From assembly GCA_029976805.1 (NCBI GenBank), contig JAPOLY010000004.1, forward strand, positions 10,178 to 74,177: a DNA stretch of 64,000 nucleotides. The letters are read 5' to 3'. Under the pieces are notes generated by a model, which ran no database searches, was not told the DNA's origin, and was given only the letters and a program-made list of their open reading frames with translations. This stretch comes from a bacterium (lineage in GTDB: Bacteria; Planctomycetota; UBA8108; UBA1146). The translations under genes and the position numbers were made by a program. Every line of letters starts with the position of its first letter. Within the stretch, counting starts at the first letter, position 1. This document shows positions 27,752-37,311 of this stretch, piece after piece.

Positions 27752-27853
27752 ATGTCCAACAGAAATAACCGACGGGTCAAGAAGGCCAACCACGGCAAGC
27801 GTCCGGCGAACCACAACCGCCGCCAGAAGCGCACGGCCAAGTTCAAGAACTAG
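27752..27853 (+). CDS. putative 33-aa highly basic peptide (MSNRNNRRVKKANHGKRPANHNRRQKRTAKFKN)
   Basis: Short ORF inside track ORF 27506..27853. 14 of 33 residues are K/R/H and none acidic. Preceded by a promoter-like sequence and a stem-loop. No strong SD. Confidence 0.35.
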   Translation: MSNRNNRRVKKANHGKRPANHNRRQKRTAKFKN

Positions 27854-28025
27854 TTTCCTCCGGAAACCGGTTCCCCTTCCCCGCTGACGAGAATCAGATC
27901 TTTCAACCATCCACCCCGGTGGCATGGTCGCACCCCATACTGTAAAAAGATCCCGTCGCCTCTCGATGGTTGCGACAGAGTTCTCGATCCCGATTCCGGA
28001 TCAAGCAAGAAATGGGGAGTGCCCG

Positions 28026-29045
28026 ATGGACAAGAACCTGCTGAAAGAAACTGCACAAAAGATGGTCGCCCGCGGCAAGGGCATCCTTGCTGCCGATGAG
28101 AGCCACCCCACCTGTGGAAAACGCTTTGAGGCTCTCGGCATCGAAAACACCTCAGAAAACCGCCGAATCTACCGGCAAATGTTTTTCAACAGTCCGGATG
28201 TCGAAAAATACATCTCCGGAGTCATCCTGTTTGATGAAACTCTTCGCCAGAGCGACGATGCCGGCGTTCCTTTCCCGGAAAACCTGAATGCAAAAGGTCT
28301 CGTCCCCGGAATCAAGGTGGATACGGGTGCCAAGGATCTCGCCGGATTCCCGGGAGAGAAAGTCACGGAAGGCCTCGACGGTCTCAGGGATCGACTCGCC
28401 GAATACTTTGAGTTGGGTGCCCGCTTTGCAAAGTGGCGCGCCGTGATCACCATCGGAGACGGTATTCCATCCGAGGGATGTTACATGGCCAATGCCCATG
28501 CCCTCGCCCGTTATGCCCGTTTGTGTCAGGAAGCGTCGATCGTCCCCATCGTCGAACCGGAAGTGTTGATGGATGGCGACCACGACATCGACGTTTGCGA
28601 TCGGGTGACCACCAATGCCTTGCATTTGACTTTCCGTCAACTGGAAGAGCAGGACGTAATGCTGGAAGGGATAGTACTCAAGCCCTCCATGATCATTCCG
28701 GGAACCGGTGCCGCAGCGGCAGGCCGCGACGTCGTGGCCTCCAGAACGGTCGATTGTCTCAAACGTACCGTTCCTGATGCGGTTCCGGGAATCGCATTCC
28801 TTTCTGGCGGGCAAAGCGATGAAGACGCCACCGGCCATCTGGATGCGATGAACAAGTTGGGTGGTCATCCCTGGAACCTGACTTTCTCCTACGGCAGAGC
28901 ACTTCAGGCAACAGCCATGAAGACCTGGGCGGGCAAGGCGGAAAATCTTGCCGCTGCATCAGCAGCCTTCATGCAAAGGGCACGGAGCAATGCCGCCGCA
29001 TCGACCGGGGAGTGGGATCAGACTCTGGAGCAATCCGCTTCCTGA
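28026..29045 (+). CDS. fructose-bisphosphate aldolase, class I (eukaryotic-type)
   Basis: ORF 27924..29045 trimmed to MDKNLLKETAQKM (GGGGAG 7 nt upstream). Conserved ILAADES, IVEPEVLMDGDHD, LSGGQS and TFSYGRALQA Schiff-base aldolase motifs. Confidence 0.88.
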   Translation: MDKNLLKETAQKMVARGKGILAADESHPTCGKRFEALGIENTSENRRIYRQMFFNSPDVEKYISGVILFDETLRQSDDAGVPFPENLNAKGLVPGIKVDTGAKDLAGFPGEKVTEGLDGLRDRLAEYFELGARFAKWRAVITIGDGIPSEGCYMANAHALARYARLCQEASIVPIVEPEVLMDGDHDIDVCDRVTTNALHLTFRQLEEQDVMLEGIVLKPSMIIPGTGAAAAGRDVVASRTVDCLKRTVPDAVPGIAFLSGGQSDEDATGHLDAMNKLGGHPWNLTFSYGRALQATAMKTWAGKAENLAAASAAFMQRARSNAAASTGEWDQTLEQSAS

Positions 29046-29185
29046 ATTACCTGGCAGTCATCATCGGTACACCACTGAATCAGATCTGATTCGGTGCAAC
29101 CAGTTTGCAGATTCGGTGTTATTCTTTTGTGACCCTGATGGCTTCGGTTCTTTTGAGGCCTGAAACGATCAAATGGAGATAAACC

Positions 29186-30796
29186 ATGAGTCTGATTCCC
29201 GGCCTTCTGTTCCTCGTTGGCAGCCTACTCACTGTTCAGCCGGTCATTGATTCTCCTCCGACCGATCAACCCGCAACCGTTGATTCAGCCGATTCTCCAA
29301 AAGGGATGGGGATCGCCGACGCGAGGCATCTCCTCGATCGAACCTGCTTCGGAGTTCCCCACCAGACACTGGAGAACTACGCTTCCCTGACCAGAGATCA
29401 AGCGGTCGATCAACTGATCAGCACCTTGAAAACCGAAGCTCAAACGCCCCTTCCAGAATGGACCGGATTAACGGTTCAGGAGATCCGGGATCTTCGTCTG
29501 GAGGACAGGCAAGCTTTCGGGAAAACACAAAGAGGTTGGCAACAGGAAGCCCGATCCTGGTGGGCACAGGAAATCCTGACCACTTCGTCACCCCTGACTG
29601 AACGTCTGGTTTTGATGTGGCATGGGCATTTCACTTCAGAAATGCGGACCGTCAGATCACCTCACGCAATGCTCGCTCAAAATCGGCTCTTCCGTAAAAA
29701 TGGAAGCGACAACTTCGCAGAACTCTTGAGAGCCGTTTCCATGGACAGCGCCATGGCCATCTATCTCAACACCCAACAGAGCAAAAAGGGCAAACCCAAT
29801 GAGAACTTTGCCCGGGAACTCTTCGAACTCTTTAGTCTTGGAGAAGGCCATTACACGGAACGGGACGTCAAGGAAGCAGCCCGTGCCTTTACCGGATATC
29901 GAGTTCAGGGATCCCTGGGGCAGGTTCGCAAAGTCTCCCGTCTCCATGATTCTTCCGTCAAAACAATTCTGGGTAAAAGAGGCCGTCTTGATGGAATGGA
30001 TGTCGTCAATTTGGTCCTCAAGCATCCCGCGTGTGGTGAGTGGATTGCACGCCGGTTCTGGCTCGAATTCGTCTCACCGACGCCTGATCAGGAAGTGATC
30101 AAAATGTGGGGAAAAGTGCTACGACGATCCGATTGGGATTTGAACGCATTCTTGTCACACGTCTTCAAATCAGATCAGTTCTGGGCAGCAGAGTATCGGG
30201 GAGCTCTGGTCAAAAGCCCGGTCGATCTGGTCATGGGCTCGCTACGAAGATTGGATATCACCGAGATTCCAGGGCTGCAGATCAACCGCAACCTTCAAGC
30301 GATGGGACAGGTTCTCTTCGACCCACCAAATGTGGCGGGCTGGCCCGGTGGAACCGCATGGATCGATTCGACGTCTTTGCTGGAGAGACGCAAGTTTCTT
30401 CAGGACGCCGTCCCTACAGCCATGATTTTTTCCACATGGCAAAAGCGCGAAGGCTCTGCCAGTGTCGGCAAGTCAGGGATGAATCCCGAGAAAACACCCG
30501 ATATGGATCCGGAGATGGATCCGGAGATGTCTCCAGACATGAAACCGGAAATGAATCCAGCAGGAAACAGGATGGCCAAGCGATTGAACCGTCGACAGAT
30601 TCGCCGTTATCGCCCAGTTGCAGCGCAGTCCGTTGAACAGCTGTACCAACAATTCATCGGCGGAAAATCGATGAATGAAGAAGCATGGACCCTTTCATGG
30701 TTGCCTTTTCAACCAGTCACAGATGCCGATCAGAGCGATACCGGCTTTGGACGGCTGCAAGAACTGATTCTCGACCCGACCTATCAGCTGAAATGA
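29186..30796 (+). CDS. DUF1800 family protein
   Basis: 536 aa. N-terminal signal-like segment. DUF1800 core (LVLMWHGHFTS...LSLGEGHYTERDVKEAARAFTG). Contains a short acidic M/P/E/D-rich tandem repeat. Confidence 0.8.
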   Translation: MSLIPGLLFLVGSLLTVQPVIDSPPTDQPATVDSADSPKGMGIADARHLLDRTCFGVPHQTLENYASLTRDQAVDQLISTLKTEAQTPLPEWTGLTVQEIRDLRLEDRQAFGKTQRGWQQEARSWWAQEILTTSSPLTERLVLMWHGHFTSEMRTVRSPHAMLAQNRLFRKNGSDNFAELLRAVSMDSAMAIYLNTQQSKKGKPNENFARELFELFSLGEGHYTERDVKEAARAFTGYRVQGSLGQVRKVSRLHDSSVKTILGKRGRLDGMDVVNLVLKHPACGEWIARRFWLEFVSPTPDQEVIKMWGKVLRRSDWDLNAFLSHVFKSDQFWAAEYRGALVKSPVDLVMGSLRRLDITEIPGLQINRNLQAMGQVLFDPPNVAGWPGGTAWIDSTSLLERRKFLQDAVPTAMIFSTWQKREGSASVGKSGMNPEKTPDMDPEMDPEMSPDMKPEMNPAGNRMAKRLNRRQIRRYRPVAAQSVEQLYQQFIGGKSMNEEAWTLSWLPFQPVTDADQSDTGFGRLQELILDPTYQLK

Positions 30797-30802
30797 GATC
30801 CC

Positions 30803-32014
30803 ATGGAATTTGATCGCAGAACCTTTCTCCATCTCAGTGGAGGCGCATGCCTTCCATGGCTGGTTCCCGGAGTCGAAGCTTGGGCATTTGACGACCCTCA
30901 ACAGAAGCAATTGAAGGTCGCTCCCGGTTTGCGAGAGCGGACCCTGATACTTGTGGAGCTTCAGGGCGGAAATGACGGTTTGAATACCGTGATCCCCCTC
31001 CGGGATGAGCGTTATCAGGAATTGAGACCCCGTATCGGTTTGAAAAAGAACCAGATCATCGAGTTGGATTCGAAACAGGGAATGCATTCTTCCCTGAAAC
31101 CACTGACAGAGGCATGGGAGGCTGAGGAAGCCAACTGGATACTCGGCCTCGGTTACCCGGATCCCAATCGATCCCACTTCCGTTCCATCGAAATCTGGGA
31201 AACCGGCTCCGACAGTGACGAGGAATTGCAGGAAGGCTGGCTGACGAGAATGCTCAAGGCTCAGCCCGATCCAGAGCGTGCCGCCGAAGGAATCATTATC
31301 GGTGGAGGTGACGCCGGCCCTCTATACGGGACCGGCTTGCGGGTAATCAACATGGATGACCCCGAAAAATTTTCTCGCCAGGCTCGGGCAGTTCCGGAAG
31401 TGGCTCGCGGAACGGACGCTCGCAAGGCACTGGAGCACCTTCTCGATGTTCAGGATGACATCAAAAAAGCCGCAGGGATCATCGAAGAAAAAATTCAGGC
31501 TTCACCGGATCACGGAGTCCGGTTCCCCGGCACCCGGTTCGGCCAGCGTTGCAAGATTGCCGCAGAGATGGTCACCTCTGGAGTCCCCTGCCCAGTCATC
31601 AAGATCTCTATCGGCGGTTTTGACACACATAACAACCAACTCAATCGCCACTCCCGTCTGTTGACAGAACTGGCGGACGGTTTGGCAGCCCTGCGCAAGG
31701 CACTGATCGCCACCGGTAAATGGGATCGCACCCTGATCAGCACCTACTCGGAGTTTGGACGCCGTGCCAGAGAGAATGGCAGTGAGGGGACCGACCACGG
31801 CACCGCCGCTCCACACCTGTTGCTCGGTGGCAATATCAAGGGAGGCTTCTCTGGCAGGCAGCCTGATCTCGGGAAATTGGTCCGGGACGACCTGATCCAC
31901 ACCACCGACTATCGCCGTCTCTATGCCACCATTGAGCAGAATTGGTTTGGACTGAAGGGCAGATCTGAGGTTTCCCGCGGAGCAAAACCTCTCGACGTCA
32001 TTCGCAAGAGCTGA
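30803..32014 (+). CDS. DUF1501 family protein (sulfatase/alkaline-phosphatase-like), TAT signal
   Basis: 403 aa. MEFDRRTFLHLSGGACLPWLVPGVEAWA twin-arginine signal. Immediately downstream of DUF1800, the canonical planctomycete pair. Confidence 0.85.
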   Translation: MEFDRRTFLHLSGGACLPWLVPGVEAWAFDDPQQKQLKVAPGLRERTLILVELQGGNDGLNTVIPLRDERYQELRPRIGLKKNQIIELDSKQGMHSSLKPLTEAWEAEEANWILGLGYPDPNRSHFRSIEIWETGSDSDEELQEGWLTRMLKAQPDPERAAEGIIIGGGDAGPLYGTGLRVINMDDPEKFSRQARAVPEVARGTDARKALEHLLDVQDDIKKAAGIIEEKIQASPDHGVRFPGTRFGQRCKIAAEMVTSGVPCPVIKISIGGFDTHNNQLNRHSRLLTELADGLAALRKALIATGKWDRTLISTYSEFGRRARENGSEGTDHGTAAPHLLLGGNIKGGFSGRQPDLGKLVRDDLIHTTDYRRLYATIEQNWFGLKGRSEVSRGAKPLDVIRKS

Positions 32015-32101
32015 TCTGGCCCAAATGGGATCCGCGACCGGATCAGATCGCTTTAAGATTGACGCTTTTGCGGTATTCTAAGGGGCGAAAGGGAACACCT
32101 C

Positions 32102-33955
32102 TTGGATCTGAATCTTCTTTTGTTGAGCACGGTGGCCTTCATTCTGGGCCCCGCCACTGCTTCTTTGGGCCGCAGGTTTCCCTTGTTCCTGCCGGTTCTT
32201 GATGGCTTTGTCCTTCTCTCGGTAACAGGCCTGATTCTCATGGAAGTGATCCCTCACTCGATGGAGGAAGTCGGCCTGTGGGCGATTCCACTGGCACTGC
32301 TGGGGCTTCTCGTTCCCAGCATGATTGAGAAGCGCTACCACAAAATGGCTCATAGCGCCCACCATTGGGCGACCTGGTTTGGAGTCTCCGCCATCCTGAT
32401 CCACTCGACACTGGATGGCGTGGCACTGTCGCTGGGTAGCGCGGGAACCCCAGCTGAAGGATTGGCTTTGGCGGTCATCCTTCACCGACTTGTCGAAGGA
32501 ATGGCCATTTGGTGGATAGTTCGTCCCCAATACGGGATAGCCCCTGCGCTGACTCTCATAGGATTGGGAACACTGATCCACGCCGGTGGGTTTATCGGTG
32601 GGCAGGAAATTCAAACAGCTCTGAAGAACTTTCCCCTGGGTGGATTACTCGCATTCCTCGGTGGGTCCCTACTCCATGTCCTGATTCATTCCGCTTCTCC
32701 AAAAATCGAGGAGTCTGGAAAAACCCCTGCCCTCTCCGCCATCGGAGCCCTCTTGGGGATGCTGTTTTTGGCAACCCATGTCACTGACAGCGCACATATC
32801 GGATCCGGTCATGACCACGCCCATGGTGGAGTGACCCAACTGTTTGAAAACTTCCTGGCATTGGCACAGGAAAGCGCACCGGCTCTGTTACTTGCCTACA
32901 CCGTCGCCGGCCTGATCCATGCACTGCTTCCCAAAACCACCATCGATTGGATGGGGAAAGGCTCTCATGCCCAGCAGTCTGTGCGTGGCATGCTGTTTGC
33001 CCTGCCATTGCCGATTTGTTCCTGCGGAGTACTCCCCCTCTATCGGAGTCTTGTCGAACGAGGAGTCCCAACAGCTGCGGCGATCACTCTGCTGATCGCC
33101 ACTCCGGAATTGGGAATCGACGCCGTTTTCCTGTCCGTCACTATGATCGACGGCCCCTTTGCCCTTGCCCGGGTCCTCGCCGCGGCGGCTCTGGCAATTT
33201 TCGGCGGCCTGCTCGCCGTTCACTATGTGCCCAAGATCAAGGGACACCTACTCAAGGAAGACCCCTCTGAGCCTGAAGCCCCCCTTGGGAAACGAATTTT
33301 GGCGGGATTGAAAGTTGGACTCTGTGATCTGGTCGACGGGACCGCTCCGTGGATCATCCTCGGCTTGTTCCTGGCTTCCGCCCTTTCACCATTGGTTGCG
33401 GACGGTTCGATCCTCGACAGGATTCCCGACCTTTGGAAGGTACCGGCGTTTGCCCTGCTCGGCCTGCCGGTGTACGTCTGCGCCAGCGGAGCCACCCCTT
33501 TGGCCGCTGTGCTCATTGCGGGAGGAGCTTCTCCCGGAGCAGCGCTGGCTTTTCTGCTGACCGGCCCAGCCACCAATGCCACCACCTTCGGGGTACTGGC
33601 AGATCTTCACGGCAAAAAAACGGCCATCCTATTCGCAGTCAGTGTCGGTTTGGGTGCCATCGCCTGTGGATACGCCGTCGACGCAGCACTGCCCAATGTG
33701 AATGTGGGCGCAGCCGCTCATCTGGGTCACGACCACATGCACGACCATGGAGAATCCGGGTTCGCCTTTACCGAAATCGCCCTCTATGCACTGGGGGGAC
33801 TGTTCCTGCTCAGTCTTTTCCGTAAAGGGCCCAGGCCATTCATGACCCAGGTCTTCGGAGTTCCAACCACCGACAATCAGGAAGATGACGGCTCCTGCTG
33901 TTCTTCCAACGTGGTCGAGCCCTCCCCACCCACTCCGCCCTCAGGCGGCTCATGA
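32102..33955 (+). CDS. fused metal permease: N-terminal ZIP-like domain + C-terminal COG0701-type permease with CSC motif and His-rich loops
   Basis: 617 aa, about 14 hydrophobic segments. N-part has LHRLVEGMAIWW (ZIP-like HxxxEG). C-part has LPICSCGVLPLY (COG0701/ArsP-like CxC). His-rich loops HIGSGHDHAHGG and HLGHDHMHDHGESG. Confidence 0.65.
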   Translation: MDLNLLLLSTVAFILGPATASLGRRFPLFLPVLDGFVLLSVTGLILMEVIPHSMEEVGLWAIPLALLGLLVPSMIEKRYHKMAHSAHHWATWFGVSAILIHSTLDGVALSLGSAGTPAEGLALAVILHRLVEGMAIWWIVRPQYGIAPALTLIGLGTLIHAGGFIGGQEIQTALKNFPLGGLLAFLGGSLLHVLIHSASPKIEESGKTPALSAIGALLGMLFLATHVTDSAHIGSGHDHAHGGVTQLFENFLALAQESAPALLLAYTVAGLIHALLPKTTIDWMGKGSHAQQSVRGMLFALPLPICSCGVLPLYRSLVERGVPTAAAITLLIATPELGIDAVFLSVTMIDGPFALARVLAAAALAIFGGLLAVHYVPKIKGHLLKEDPSEPEAPLGKRILAGLKVGLCDLVDGTAPWIILGLFLASALSPLVADGSILDRIPDLWKVPAFALLGLPVYVCASGATPLAAVLIAGGASPGAALAFLLTGPATNATTFGVLADLHGKKTAILFAVSVGLGAIACGYAVDAALPNVNVGAAAHLGHDHMHDHGESGFAFTEIALYALGGLFLLSLFRKGPRPFMTQVFGVPTTDNQEDDGSCCSSNVVEPSPPTPPSGGS

Positions 33956-34064
33956 TGCTCCTGATCCTGAGACCCGGTCGGGTCTGGTTGTCCTGAGTAC
34001 TTTCTATGGCTAGCATCCGGGTTGATCCCTGTGGGGATCCTGAACCCTTGAGGAAGGAAGGCCC

Positions 34065-34493
34065 ATGCCTTACCCCGAAGAACTGGTTGCGCCGATGCGC
34101 AAAGAACTCACCGATCACGGGATCGCCGAGCTGAAATCTGCCACCGAAGTGGAGGATTTCCTCGGGTCTGACGAAACATCCCTGGTCATCATCAACAGTG
34201 TCTGTGGTTGCGCCGCCGGTGGTGCGCGTCCGGGGGCTGTTCTTTCGATCCAGGCGGAAACCCGCCCTGACCGCGTCGGTACTGTCTTCGCCGGCCAGGA
34301 TGTGGAGGCCACCCAAAAGGCTCGTGACTTCTGCTCACAGGTTCCACCCAGCAGCCCTTCCATGGCTCTCTTCAAGGGCTCGGAGTTGGTCTGGTTCCTG
34401 CCTCGACACATGATCGAGGGACGTGACCCGCAGAGCATCGCCTTCGATCTGGTTCAGGCCTTCGAGGAGCACTGCTCCAGCAAGGCCAACTGA
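34065..34493 (+). CDS. bacilliredoxin-like BrxA/BrxB (DUF1094/YphP) family thiol-disulfide oxidoreductase
   Basis: 142 aa with the CGC active-site motif (INSVCGCAAGGARP) typical of the YphP/YqiW family. GGAAGG RBS. Confidence 0.7.
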   Translation: MPYPEELVAPMRKELTDHGIAELKSATEVEDFLGSDETSLVIINSVCGCAAGGARPGAVLSIQAETRPDRVGTVFAGQDVEATQKARDFCSQVPPSSPSMALFKGSELVWFLPRHMIEGRDPQSIAFDLVQAFEEHCSSKAN

Positions 34494-34496
34494 ACC

Positions 34497-34796
34497 TTGG
34501 GGACTTTTCATGATCACATGGGTGAACTCCACGGCATCACCGTGGTGGTCCGCCAAAAAGATGGGAACACTTGGATCGGCCGCTGTCACAGTGAGGATGC
34601 CATCGAGGTGATCCTTCACGATGCCGACCAGCACGTGGTCAGTGAAAGTGACGAGAATCCCGTCGATTGGCTCTCCAGAGCCCGGCAGATGGGACACTGG
34701 CCCAGAGTGTCGACCATACGCATTCCCCGAGAAACGGTGAGCGCACTGGTCCGGCTTTCTGACGTCAATCAAAAAGGGGAGTTGCCAGAGTCCTGA
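34497..34796 (+). CDS. hypothetical small protein
   Basis: 99 aa; TTG start at 34497 or ATG at 34518. No recognisable domain. Followed by a strong terminator. Confidence 0.4.
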   Translation: MGTFHDHMGELHGITVVVRQKDGNTWIGRCHSEDAIEVILHDADQHVVSESDENPVDWLSRARQMGHWPRVSTIRIPRETVSALVRLSDVNQKGELPES

Positions 34797-34822
34797 CTCT
34801 GGCAACTCCCCTTTTCTTTTTT
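34777..34822. terminator. strong rho-independent terminator (bidirectional: A-tract / 15-bp GC stem / T-tract)
   Basis: aaaaaggggagttgccagag tcctga ctctggcaactcccc ttttcttttttgc, between convergent + and - operons. Confidence 0.8.
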
Positions 34823-34878
34823 GCTTCCTTATTTGCTTCCTTTTTCAAACCGCAGCGCCGTCGACTTAATCCGTCGAC

Positions 34879-35982
34879 TCAGTTCTTCAATGACGGCGGT
34901 GGCGGAGAATCCCCGACCAACAGTCTCGTCATGCGACTCATATCGAGAAGCATCGGTACCGATGGATCATCACTGTTGAGGATCACTTCCGGGATATCGA
35001 GATTCTTGACCGCTTCCAATGCGAGCAGGATTCGGCCCCCGGTCGTATCGAGAGCCTGGTTGCGCAGGTCGTCGCGCAGGGCTTTCGACTTTTCGATGGC
35101 CAGATCCCCTTCCGCGATCAGGATATCCCTCTCTGCGTCACCCTCTGATCGGGTTTTGAGGTCGTAGAGCTGGGCTTCTGACGAGATCGTGGCGATTTCC
35201 ACCTCGAATGCCGAGCGTTTCTCCTGAATCGTTTGCTCCCAGTCCCGCTCCTTGGCAAGGACTGCTGCTGCAATCTGGCGCTTCTGGGTCTGGACCTTCT
35301 GATCTTCCTCGGCCTGCTTGGTCAAAGCCTCTTCCAGCTTTGATTCCTGACGCAACAACTGTTTATTCTGCAGTTTGCTTTCGTAGTCGGGAAGGAACTT
35401 GACCGCACGGATCAACAGGTCTTCCGGTTCGACATGGAAACTCGCCAGTTCCGATCGAAGAACGGTGAGGGTTTCAGTTGCCTGAACAGAACGCTTGTCC
35501 GTCAACTGGAGGTCTTCCGAGGTCAACTTCGCAAGTTCAGTGCGCAAAACATTCAGGACCTGCGAACGGACACGCTCCACATACGATAGACGCAAGCCCT
35601 CTTCCACCAACTTGTAACCGGATCCTTCGACGATTCGGTAGGTCAGTGAAACATCGATGGTCACGTTATTGTTATCTTTGGTTCGAAGCTCGAGGGGCGG
35701 CTGCCAATCCTCGATCCCCCGGGAAGTATTGCGGCTGTCCCGCAACTTTTCACCATCGACAAAGTGCAGGAAATGAGTCTGGCGCGGCAACAGGTGCCAG
35801 CGATGATAACTCGGAATGGCAAGAACCAGCCCGGTGCGAAAATCTTCCTGCACCACTCCCTTGCCCGGTCCGAAGACCACTTGTTTGACACCGATGGAAG
35901 CGGGTGGAACTTTCTTGGTCACGGCGGTCACCAGAAACAAACCCACGATCAAAATCGACAGAAAAACGGAGAGAAACTTCAT
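34879..35982 (-). CDS. SPFH/band-7 domain protein (HflC-like)
   Basis: 367 aa. N-terminal TM (MKFLSVFLSILIVGLFLVTAV), SPFH core, long coiled-coil C-terminus. Start overlaps the upstream SPFH gene's stop (ATGA). Confidence 0.8.
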   Translation of the reverse strand: MKFLSVFLSILIVGLFLVTAVTKKVPPASIGVKQVVFGPGKGVVQEDFRTGLVLAIPSYHRWHLLPRQTHFLHFVDGEKLRDSRNTSRGIEDWQPPLELRTKDNNNVTIDVSLTYRIVEGSGYKLVEEGLRLSYVERVRSQVLNVLRTELAKLTSEDLQLTDKRSVQATETLTVLRSELASFHVEPEDLLIRAVKFLPDYESKLQNKQLLRQESKLEEALTKQAEEDQKVQTQKRQIAAAVLAKERDWEQTIQEKRSAFEVEIATISSEAQLYDLKTRSEGDAERDILIAEGDLAIEKSKALRDDLRNQALDTTGGRILLALEAVKNLDIPEVILNSDDPSVPMLLDMSRMTRLLVGDSPPPPSLKN

Positions 35983-37208
35983 CGACGGTCTCCCTTCAAT
36001 TCGGGAATCCCCTGAGCCCCTGCGGACTGTCCCGCCGGGGGTAGCAAATGTTCGACTCGAACCGGTGAGGAATCCCTGCGATACGGCACCACACTGAACT
36101 TGACGCGCTGGAAGAGCCTGGAAAGTTCTTCTCGGACGAGGACTTCACCCTGACGCTCCAGTGCTGCCACACGGGCCAGCAAACCTTCAGCTTCCTTGCG
36201 GGCACTGTTTTCCAGAGCCCGTGCTTCCTGAGTCTTACGAGCCTCTTCTGCCTTGCCTGCGTTGATTTGGGTGATCTTGTAGGCATCCGCAGATTTCTCG
36301 ATCTGGACCCGCTCTGTTTCAGCATTGATCTTGTCTGCTTCGAGCTTTCCCAAAGCCTGTTCATATTCAGAGGCCTTGGTTCGCTCTGTTTCCGCGAGCT
36401 TGCGTTCCAGCTCATTGATCAGCTTGGCCTGCTCAATACGCAGTCGCTCCACCTCCTGGTTGGCGTTTTTGCGATCCTCGATGGCATTTTCGACCTTGAT
36501 ATCAAAACTGGGTTTCGGAGTGATGATCTGCAGAATCTCAATGCCGTGATTCTTGAGATACTCATTCAGCCGAGTCTTGGATTGATTCGTGGCGGTGGTG
36601 TAGTTGCTGGGGTCGGCAATATCCTCGGAGGAGTAGCGACCAAACTCATCACGAAGGACAGACCTTGCGAAAGCCCTGACCCAGTTACGCTTGAAGGCCT
36701 CACCGGGCCCACTGTCCTGTAACACCTTGGCTGCTTGGGAGGGGATCAACTGGTACTGAAGTGAAATCACATTGAATTTGAAGGAGGAACCATCGGAGGC
36801 CCTGACGGATAATTCACGGACATGGTTGTAATCAATGTTTCTTTTGCCCGTCATTTGGAACTCGTTGGGCGATTTGTCCATGACATACGCCTCGCTGAGC
36901 CAGGGCAGGAAGAAGGTCACTCCCGGAGTGGTGATCACTTCTTCTTCACCGGTCACATAATTGACGACCACCGCGACTTCCGTATCGGATATATCGACAA
37001 TTCCCGCTCTACCGGTGAGAATCAGAAACCCGAATACTCCCAAAATCAATGCCAGCAAAAATCCAGGTACCGCCATCGGGTGCAACTGGAAGTCGCTGCC
37101 TCCTGAATTACGTTTACCGCCGCCTCCCCCGGATTTTTTACCCGGTTTTTCCGGCGGTGGTGGTGGCCAACTGTCCGGAATATCATTTCCTGCAGGAACT
37201 GATGCCAT
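35979..37208 (-). CDS. SPFH/band-7 domain protein (HflK-like) with Pro/Gly-rich N-terminus
   Basis: 409 aa. PPPPPEKPGKKSGGGGGKRNSGG N-term, one TM, SPFH domain, coiled-coil C-terminus. Confidence 0.8.
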   Translation of the reverse strand: MASVPAGNDIPDSWPPPPPEKPGKKSGGGGGKRNSGGSDFQLHPMAVPGFLLALILGVFGFLILTGRAGIVDISDTEVAVVVNYVTGEEEVITTPGVTFFLPWLSEAYVMDKSPNEFQMTGKRNIDYNHVRELSVRASDGSSFKFNVISLQYQLIPSQAAKVLQDSGPGEAFKRNWVRAFARSVLRDEFGRYSSEDIADPSNYTTATNQSKTRLNEYLKNHGIEILQIITPKPSFDIKVENAIEDRKNANQEVERLRIEQAKLINELERKLAETERTKASEYEQALGKLEADKINAETERVQIEKSADAYKITQINAGKAEEARKTQEARALENSARKEAEGLLARVAALERQGEVLVREELSRLFQRVKFSVVPYRRDSSPVRVEHLLPPAGQSAGAQGIPELKGDRR

Positions 37209-37311
37209 CTTTCCCCCTGTCTGACGGGACTTCTAATCGTCGAATATCATAGACGTTTAAGAATAATCCCACAACGAGAACAAAGGGCCCCGGAGCACTC
37301 CACTAAGGAGT

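Noticed and set aside
29046-29185. Imperfect inverted repeat (cactgaatcaga/tctgattcggtg) after the fba stop as a terminator
   Set aside because: Short arms with mismatches and only a weak T-tract. Possibly a terminator, but not strong enough to list.
30480-30560. Short tandem DNA repeat as a possible CRISPR or mobile remnant
   Set aside because: Only about 3 units of 12 nt, in-frame within DUF1800; a coding microsatellite, not an array.
32015-32101. Possible promoter or riboswitch upstream of the ZIP-COG0701 permease
   Set aside because: A TTGACG is present but there is no acceptably spaced -10 and no recognisable riboswitch structure.
34065-34493. BrxA read as the BREX defence-system component
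   Set aside because: The 142-aa protein has the CGC motif and size of bacilliredoxins (YphP/DUF1094), not BREX BrxA. No other BREX genes are present.
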